Below are positions 58,640 to 64,000 of a stretch of DNA of 64,000 nt, one piece after another. Under the pieces are notes generated by a model. It made no database searches. It was not told the origin of the DNA and was given only the letters and a program-made list of their open reading frames with translations. Made by a program: the position numbers and the translations under genes. Position 1 is the first letter of the stretch. Every line of letters starts with the position of its first letter. Source of the stretch: Flavobacteriales bacterium (lineage in GTDB: Bacteria > Bacteroidota > Bacteroidia > Flavobacteriales_F > PHOS-HE28); the NCBI GenBank assembly GCA_016703005.1, contig JADJCX010000033.1:164430-228429 (forward strand), in the 5' to 3' direction.

Positions 58640-60031
58640 CTATTCCTTCACCACCATCCGGGTGGTCGACCCATGAGACGTGCGCAACGTAACGTGGTAC
58701 AGCCCGGCCGGTTGCGCGGATAGATCCGCAGTGCATGTCGCGCCGGTGACCGTGGAGCGGAGCACCGCTTGCCCCAGCGCATTGCGCACGAGAATGCTCT
58801 CCGGTTGCTGCGCCCGATCGAGCTGGATCGTGACGGCGCCGTTCGTCGGGTTCGGGTGGATCATCAACACCATGTCTGTTTCCACCGCGTTGATGCTTTG
58901 GGCCGGTGCGCACGCCGCCACCACCTGCACCGGTACATCGGTGTTCACGTTCGTTCCATCGCCCAATGTGCCCGATGCGTTGTTGCCCCACGTCCACAGC
59001 GCGCCGCTATTGAGCAACGCCATGCTATGGAAGTCGCCGCCGGCAATGGTGTGTACATCCGACAGACCGGCTACCTGCACCGGCAGCAATTGGTCGGTGC
59101 TGCCGCCAATGCCCAACTGCCCTTGGGCGTTGCGACCCCACACGTGCAGGGTGCCGTCGCTCTTGATGGCCAACGAATGGTACTGGCCACCGGCAATGGC
59201 CGCCACATCGGTGAGCCCGCTCACTTGCACCGGCACGTTGCTGTACACGATGGTGCCGTCGCCCAACTGGCCGAACTGGTTGTAACCCCAGGTCCACACG
59301 GTGCCATCGTTCTTCAGCGCCATGCAGTGGTAGCGACCGCTGGCAATGGCGGACACACCGCTGAGACCGTTCACCTGCACCGGTGTATTCGCATCGTTGT
59401 TCGTGCCATTGCCCACTTGTCCATACGTGTTGTTGCCCCAACCCCAAACGGTGCCATCGGTACGCAGGGCCACCGAGTGATCGAAGCCCGCACTCACGGC
59501 GTACACACCGGTCAGGTTGGCCACCTGCACCGGAACGCTGCTATCGGTGTTCGTGCCATTACCCAACTGGCCCTCGGTATTGCTGCCCATTGTCCACACG
59601 GTGCCATCGCTCTTGGCGGCTACTGTGTGGTAGTTGCCGCGCGCCGCATCGATCACAGCGCTCAGGGCCGTGATCTGTACGGGCGCATTGCGATCGATCG
59701 TGGTCCCGTCGCCCACCTGGCCGTAGGGGTTCGAACCCCACGCCCAGAGCTCGCCACTGGTGGTGATGGCCAAGGAATGCGCGCCGCAACCGTGGGGCAG
59801 CGCAAAAACGCCGGTGAGCCCGACCACCGCTACCGGTGCATTGAAGGAGATGAAGTTGCCCGTGCCCAGTTCGCCGCTGCCGTTGTTGCCCCAGGATTGA
59901 ACGTTACTGTTCGCGCAGATCAACAGCGAATGGCCACCACCACCGGCAATGACCTGGGCATTGGTGGTGCAAGCGAGTGACGGGATGATCGTTGCGAAGA
60001 GCAACGAAAGGAGTTGGGGAGCGTTGCTCAT
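58640..60031 (-). CDS. RCC1-repeat beta-propeller protein with T9SS C-terminal sorting domain
   Basis: Signal MSNAPQLLSLLFATIIPSLACTTNAQ. At least 6 RCC1 repeats (WGNNGSGELGTGN / WGSNPYGQVGDGT ...). C-terminal MIHPNPTNGAVTIQ...GLYHVTLRTSHGSTTRMVVKE. Confidence 0.65.
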   Translation of the reverse strand: MSNAPQLLSLLFATIIPSLACTTNAQVIAGGGGHSLLICANSNVQSWGNNGSGELGTGNFISFNAPVAVVGLTGVFALPHGCGAHSLAITTSGELWAWGSNPYGQVGDGTTIDRNAPVQITALSAVIDAARGNYHTVAAKSDGTVWTMGSNTEGQLGNGTNTDSSVPVQVANLTGVYAVSAGFDHSVALRTDGTVWGWGNNTYGQVGNGTNNDANTPVQVNGLSGVSAIASGRYHCMALKNDGTVWTWGYNQFGQLGDGTIVYSNVPVQVSGLTDVAAIAGGQYHSLAIKSDGTLHVWGRNAQGQLGIGGSTDQLLPVQVAGLSDVHTIAGGDFHSMALLNSGALWTWGNNASGTLGDGTNVNTDVPVQVVAACAPAQSINAVETDMVLMIHPNPTNGAVTIQLDRAQQPESILVRNALGQAVLRSTVTGATCTADLSAQPAGLYHVTLRTSHGSTTRMVVKE

Positions 60032-60139
60032 CGGGTGCAAGCCGCTGCGGCCTTGTGGACGATCGCGGTGCACGTGAAAGTATCGTTCCGGGCAACATGC
60101 TGCCGGGTATCCCGGCCTGCCCCTATCGGAGCAGGGCCC

Positions 60140-60583
60140 TCACTCCGTCACCTTGGCGCTGCTCGCCTTGCGGTGCGGGTACGTGCCGATGATGTGGCGC
60201 TTCACGAAGCGCACGGTGCCGTCCGTGGTAATGAACTTGTTGTACAGCTTGTGCGGCACGCCGAAGAACTCGTACTCGCTGCCGTCGCCGAAGTAGAGGG
60301 TGAGCACCTGGGCCTTGAACTGCCAGTTGCTGATCATGGTGGCGGTGGTCTTCGCGAAGTCTTCGCCGTTCTTCTCGTGCGTTTCCGGGTGTATGCTCTC
60401 CAGGAATTTGTACGCCTCAATGACCTTCTGGCTAGTTTCCTCCGCTTGCTTCTTCTCGGCCTCGTCCAGGAAACGGTCGGGATGGTGCTTCTTCATCCAC
60501 GACTTGTACAGCGTGTTCAGCTCCTTCAGCGTGGCGGTGGCCGGGGCTTCCAGCAGCTTGCGGTATTCGGCTATGCGTTTCAT
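60140..60583 (-). CDS. J-domain (DnaJ-like) protein with C-terminal KTSC domain
   Basis: LKELNTLYKSWMKKHHPDRF has the HPD motif. C-terminal LYFGDGSEYEFFGVPHKLYNKFITTDGTVRFVKRHIIGTYPHRK is the KTSC-like pattern. Confidence 0.6.
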   Translation of the reverse strand: MKRIAEYRKLLEAPATATLKELNTLYKSWMKKHHPDRFLDEAEKKQAEETSQKVIEAYKFLESIHPETHEKNGEDFAKTTATMISNWQFKAQVLTLYFGDGSEYEFFGVPHKLYNKFITTDGTVRFVKRHIIGTYPHRKASSAKVTE

Positions 60584-60671
60584 ATCGAACGGGTTCCGGT
60601 GCCCCTATGGAGCGGGCATGCGGAGAAGCCACCAAGGATCGGCGGCAGTCGGCATACGACGTTGCGGTGGA

Positions 60672-60893
60672 CTACGAATTCAGATGTGCCAGCTCGTTCT
60701 TCAGGTACCTGATCGTATCATCGGTATCCTCAATGCTGGTCCTGGACTTCTTCTGCGCTTCGCGCTGCACTTCCATGCGCGTGAGGTACTTCTCACAAGC
60801 GCGCTTCCGCTCGGCCTTGTTGGTGATCGGCTTCAACTTCAACTTGATGAATCCGGAAGAGAGGAAACTAATGGGCTTGTCGCTTGCTGCCAT
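60672..60893 (-). CDS. Small hypothetical protein (~73 aa)
   Basis: MAASDKPISFLSSGFIKLKLKPITNKAERKRACEKYLTRMEVQREAQKKSRTSIEDTDDTIRYLKNELAHLNS. Basic helical. The upstream part of the ORF looks non-coding. Confidence 0.3.
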   Translation of the reverse strand: MAASDKPISFLSSGFIKLKLKPITNKAERKRACEKYLTRMEVQREAQKKSRTSIEDTDDTIRYLKNELAHLNS

Positions 60894-61116
60894 GCTATTG
60901 TCGGGAGAGGTAACTACTTCAGGGGGGCAAGGTATGTCCATCCAGCGGCATTTCCGGAGATCAAGGCCCACAGCGCCAACGGGATGGTTTCCACGGGGAG
61001 GACCGGTCGAGGGGGGGTGGGCCATGAGCTGCGAGCTTTTTCCGTGTACGCCGTCGGCAATTGGCTTTTGGCTGTTCAGAGCCTGGCGTTGGGCATTGGA
61101 TATTGGTTATTGAACA

Positions 61117-61494
61117 TTGGATATTGCTTTCCGGCTTCAGCCTTTGCAGTGGGTGCCTTCCGCATTTGCTCTATTCGCCAAGTACACCGCCGGGCGCGTG
61201 GGCATACCGATAACGGTGGTGCACCCCGTCACGGTGTTCGTGGTGCACTCTGTCACCTCCAACGGCGATAGCTGGCGCGGCGCATCTTTCGGGCTCACGG
61301 CGGACTACGTGGTGATGACGCCTACCGGCATGAACGACGACACCACCTTGACGCACGAGCTGGGCCACGCGTGCACCCTGATGCACCGCAAGAAGAAGGT
61401 GAATCTGATGAACCACTCACACACGCGCGGCACCAGCATCACGAGCTGGCAGAAATGGTGGTTCCGGCTGTCGCGGCACGTGAACTTCTGGTGA
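61117..61494 (+). CDS. Mini zinc-metallopeptidase-like ORF with metzincin-spaced HExxHxxxxxH
   Basis: TADYVVMTPTGMNDDTTLTHELGHACTLMH (H-E-x-x-H-x5-H). Only ~125 aa. Start uncertain. Could be a fragment. Confidence 0.35.
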   Translation: MDIAFRLQPLQWVPSAFALFAKYTAGRVGIPITVVHPVTVFVVHSVTSNGDSWRGASFGLTADYVVMTPTGMNDDTTLTHELGHACTLMHRKKKVNLMNHSHTRGTSITSWQKWWFRLSRHVNFW

Positions 61495-61563
61495 GGCGGG
61501 AATCGCATTCACAGGGCACTCGTCCACACCCCCGGTACTTTCGCGCCCTACCTGCACCAAACC

Positions 61564-62985
61564 ATGTCGAGCGCCTCTTTGCACCACGCCTTCACCAACA
61601 CCTTGCACGTGCCCGTGATCGTTGCGGTGTTATTGCTGCACACTGTGGCCGCAGGCCAATGCTGGGACCACGTGTCGATCGGTATGCGGCACAGTGTCGG
61701 CGTGCAAGTGGATGGCACCTTGTGGACCTGGGGTTGGAACGATGTAGGGCAACTGGGCAACGGCACCAACACGCCGGTGAACATTCCGCAGCAAGTGGGC
61801 TTCGATAGCGATTGGGTGTTGGCGGTTGCGGCCGGCAGTTTCGACGTGGTGTTGAACACAAACGGCAAGCATACCGCCGCCATCAAGGCCAACGGAACGC
61901 TCTGGACCTGGGGCGGCAACGATCATGGGCAACTGGGCGATGGCACCTTGGTGGACCGCAACAGTCCCGCGCAAGTGGGCACCGATACATGGGTGGCCGT
62001 GCAATGCGGTGCGTTGCACACGGTGGCCTTGCGCTCGGATAGCACACTATGGGCCTGGGGCTATAACACCTACGGGCAGTTGGGTCTGGGCAATTTGGTG
62101 GAAGGGCATACGCCCACGCAGGTGGGTACCGACACCGATTGGTGGCAGATTGTTTCAACGGACATGCACTGCCTGGCCCTGAAAAGCGACAGCAGCTTGT
62201 GGAGCTGGGGTCTGAACAATTATTACCAGTTGGGCTTCTTCAACGACAACCAGAACAAAGTGGTGCCTACGCACGTGGGCTCGGCCACCAACTGGCGCAG
62301 CATCGCCACGGGCCGCTACTTCTCATTTGCGGTCAAGGGGAACAATACACTTTGGGGCTGGGGCAGCAACGACAGCGGGCAACTGGGTTTGGGCGTGGTG
62401 GCGGGCTACCACCCGGTGCCGCAGCAGATCGGCACGGGCACTATGTGGGAGGCAGTAGCTTGTGGCGATGCGCACACCCTTGCACAACGCACCGACGGAA
62501 GTCTGTGGGGCTGGGGCTTCAATTACTTCGGTCAGCTGGGCCTGAACAACAACACGTGGAACTACCTGAGCCCGCAAAGCCTGCCCAACGGTGTGGGTAG
62601 CTCGGCGGTAAGCGCCGGCTACTACAGCAGCGGCAGCCTGCGCGCCGATAGCAGTTTGTGGACCTGGGGCGGCAACGATCATGGTAACCTGGGTGTAGGC
62701 GACATGTTGCAGCGCGAGGTGCCCACAGCTGTTGTCTGCACCTTCACCACGGCCGTACCCGAGGGATCGCTGCCCATGCTCAAGGCTTACCCAATGCCCA
62801 CCGAAGCGCTATTGTTCTTGAACCGTACGGTGGATGCCCTATGGCTGTACGACCTGCATGGCCGCTCGCTCTTGACCCTGCAATCCACCGACCGCCTCGA
62901 CTTGACGGGCGTACAAGCCGGCACCTACCTACTGCATGCACGCGTGAACGGACAGGTGGTCCATGTGCGCGTGATGAAACGCTGA
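61564..62985 (+). CDS. RCC1-repeat beta-propeller protein with T9SS C-terminal sorting domain
   Basis: At least 7 RCC1 repeats (WTWGWNDVGQLGNGT, WTWGGNDHGQLGDGT, WAWGYNTYGQLGLG ...). C-terminal LKAYPMPTEALLFLNRTV...GTYLLHARVNGQVVHVRVMKR. Confidence 0.65.
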   Translation: MSSASLHHAFTNTLHVPVIVAVLLLHTVAAGQCWDHVSIGMRHSVGVQVDGTLWTWGWNDVGQLGNGTNTPVNIPQQVGFDSDWVLAVAAGSFDVVLNTNGKHTAAIKANGTLWTWGGNDHGQLGDGTLVDRNSPAQVGTDTWVAVQCGALHTVALRSDSTLWAWGYNTYGQLGLGNLVEGHTPTQVGTDTDWWQIVSTDMHCLALKSDSSLWSWGLNNYYQLGFFNDNQNKVVPTHVGSATNWRSIATGRYFSFAVKGNNTLWGWGSNDSGQLGLGVVAGYHPVPQQIGTGTMWEAVACGDAHTLAQRTDGSLWGWGFNYFGQLGLNNNTWNYLSPQSLPNGVGSSAVSAGYYSSGSLRADSSLWTWGGNDHGNLGVGDMLQREVPTAVVCTFTTAVPEGSLPMLKAYPMPTEALLFLNRTVDALWLYDLHGRSLLTLQSTDRLDLTGVQAGTYLLHARVNGQVVHVRVMKR

Positions 62986-63102
62986 TCGCGATCAGCTGTC
63001 CTCGTTCCTTCAGTTCCATCGTCGGCTACATTCACCACGTCACGACAAGACGGAACAACGTGCATGTTGCTGTTGATGCCGATTACCCTTACCCCAGACC
63101 CG

Positions 63103-64000
63103 ATGAACAGTTTGTTTCCACAACAGGATGGTATCACGATCGGATCACCACTTCGCCGCACCTCGTTGTTCGTCGTTGTCACGTTGCTGGTCGGTGCATA
63201 CACGAACCTCCATGCCCAAGGCACCGCCAAGCGTGTAATGACACCGCAGGACGTGTGGGCCGTGAAGCGCCTGAGCAATGTGGAGCTATCGCCTGACGGC
63301 CGCAGCGCGGCCGTGGTGGTGCAGGAGTGGAACATCGATAAGAACAAGAGCACGAGCAACATCTGGCTGGTGCCTGTGGCCGGTGGTGAACCCCGAAGGT
63401 TGACCACGGCGCAAGCGGCCGACGGCTCGCCGGTGTGGAGCCCTGACGGCACGCGCATCGCGTTCGTTTCCAAACGCGGCGAGGACAAAGTCGCAGGGCT
63501 GTATGTGATCCGCACCGATGGTGGCGAGGCGGAGAAGATCCTCGAACTGCCCTTCGCGCTTTCGAACCCGAAATGGATGCCCGATGGCAAGAGCGTGATA
63601 ATGGCCACTACCTGCATTCCGCTGCTGGTGGGCAACTGGACCAAGGAGAACATCGCCGCCATGGAGAAGGAGATCAAGCGACGCACCGATGCGAAGATGA
63701 CGGCGAAAGTCACGGAGGACCGCCACTACCGCTTCTTCGATCACTGGCTTACGGACACTGTGGCGAGCCGGCTCGTGCGGGTGTATCTCACCACCAAAGA
63801 GTGTATGGACCTCACTCCGAAGTGGGATCGCCTGTTCCAGAGCAGCGGCACAGTGGACTTCGACCTGTCACCGGACGGTTCGCAAGTGGCGTTGGTCGCG
63901 AACACGACCCCACCGCCGTACAGCGGTTTTCCCAACAACGATGTGTATCTGGTACCCACCGATGGCTCCGGCACCATGCGCAACGTGACCGCGGACAACC
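63103..64000 (+). CDS. S9 family peptidase (WD40-like beta-propeller N-terminal region), partial - runs off the window end
   Basis: Absent from the ORF track because it has no stop. Frame from ATG 63103: signal-like RRTSLFVVVTLLVGAYTNLHAQ then VWAVKRLSNVELSPDGRSAAVVVQEW...GSPVWSPDGTRIAFVSKRGEDKVAGLYVIRTDGGEAEKI (TolB/DPP-like propeller blades). Confidence 0.55.
   Translation, partial: MNSLFPQQDGITIGSPLRRTSLFVVVTLLVGAYTNLHAQGTAKRVMTPQDVWAVKRLSNVELSPDGRSAAVVVQEWNIDKNKSTSNIWLVPVAGGEPRRLTTAQAADGSPVWSPDGTRIAFVSKRGEDKVAGLYVIRTDGGEAEKILELPFALSNPKWMPDGKSVIMATTCIPLLVGNWTKENIAAMEKEIKRRTDAKMTAKVTEDRHYRFFDHWLTDTVASRLVRVYLTTKECMDLTPKWDRLFQSSGTVDFDLSPDGSQVALVANTTPPPYSGFPNNDVYLVPTDGSGTMRNVTADN

Noticed and set aside
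62925-63713. 262-aa minus-strand ORF at the window end
   Set aside because: The + strand frame from 63103 encodes a convincing S9-peptidase/TolB-like propeller that runs off the window. The minus-strand ORF is a shadow.

Overview
This is a high-GC (~60%) Bacteroidota-type chromosomal segment. Many encoded proteins have N-terminal signal peptides and Por/T9SS-type C-terminal sorting domains. Four regions stand out.

- **6.2-14.9 kb:** a long minus-strand operon array headed by an ArsR/SmtB regulator. It carries at least seven SRPBCC/Aha1-like paralogs, DoxX, DUF1801, a VOC (glyoxalase/bleomycin-resistance fold) protein, an AlkD-like DNA glycosylase adjacent to a GyrI-like protein, and a frameshifted arr (rifampin ADP-ribosyltransferase). 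I read it as a xenobiotic/genotoxin-response island.
- **15-45 kb:** mostly housekeeping and envelope genes, in order: GH18 hydrolase, LOG-family enzyme, xerD, acyl-CoA reductase plus ferredoxin, an S1 protease, uvrB, an ECF sigma/anti-sigma pair, a split transketolase with a VWA gene inserted between its halves, an outer-membrane beta-barrel protein, a GT39-like transferase, ettA.
- **45.9-51.1 kb:** one giant, highly repetitive minus-strand gene (signal peptide, LVIVD repeats, collagen-like Gly-X-Y tracts, beta-helix repeats, phage-tail-fibre-type C-terminal chaperone domain). It is shattered into at least eight ORFs by frameshifts.
- **51-64 kb:** a propeller-type hybrid sensor kinase split by two frameshifts plus a LuxR-type response regulator, a relic ettA 3' fragment, an SLC13 transporter, two RCC1-repeat T9SS cargo proteins flanking a DnaJ-KTSC protein and a mini metzincin-like ORF, and a partial S9 peptidase at the window end.

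No rRNA, tRNA or CRISPR was recognised.

Two non-coding repeat types were found: a ~150-190 bp hairpin-forming element in three copies, and a tandemly duplicated 136-bp CAGATG-iteron inverted repeat.

Genes with apparent frameshifts are unusually dense (at least 10 in 64 kb, several in homopolymer runs). This suggests assembly indel errors; true pseudogenes are less likely. Gene boundaries there are approximate.
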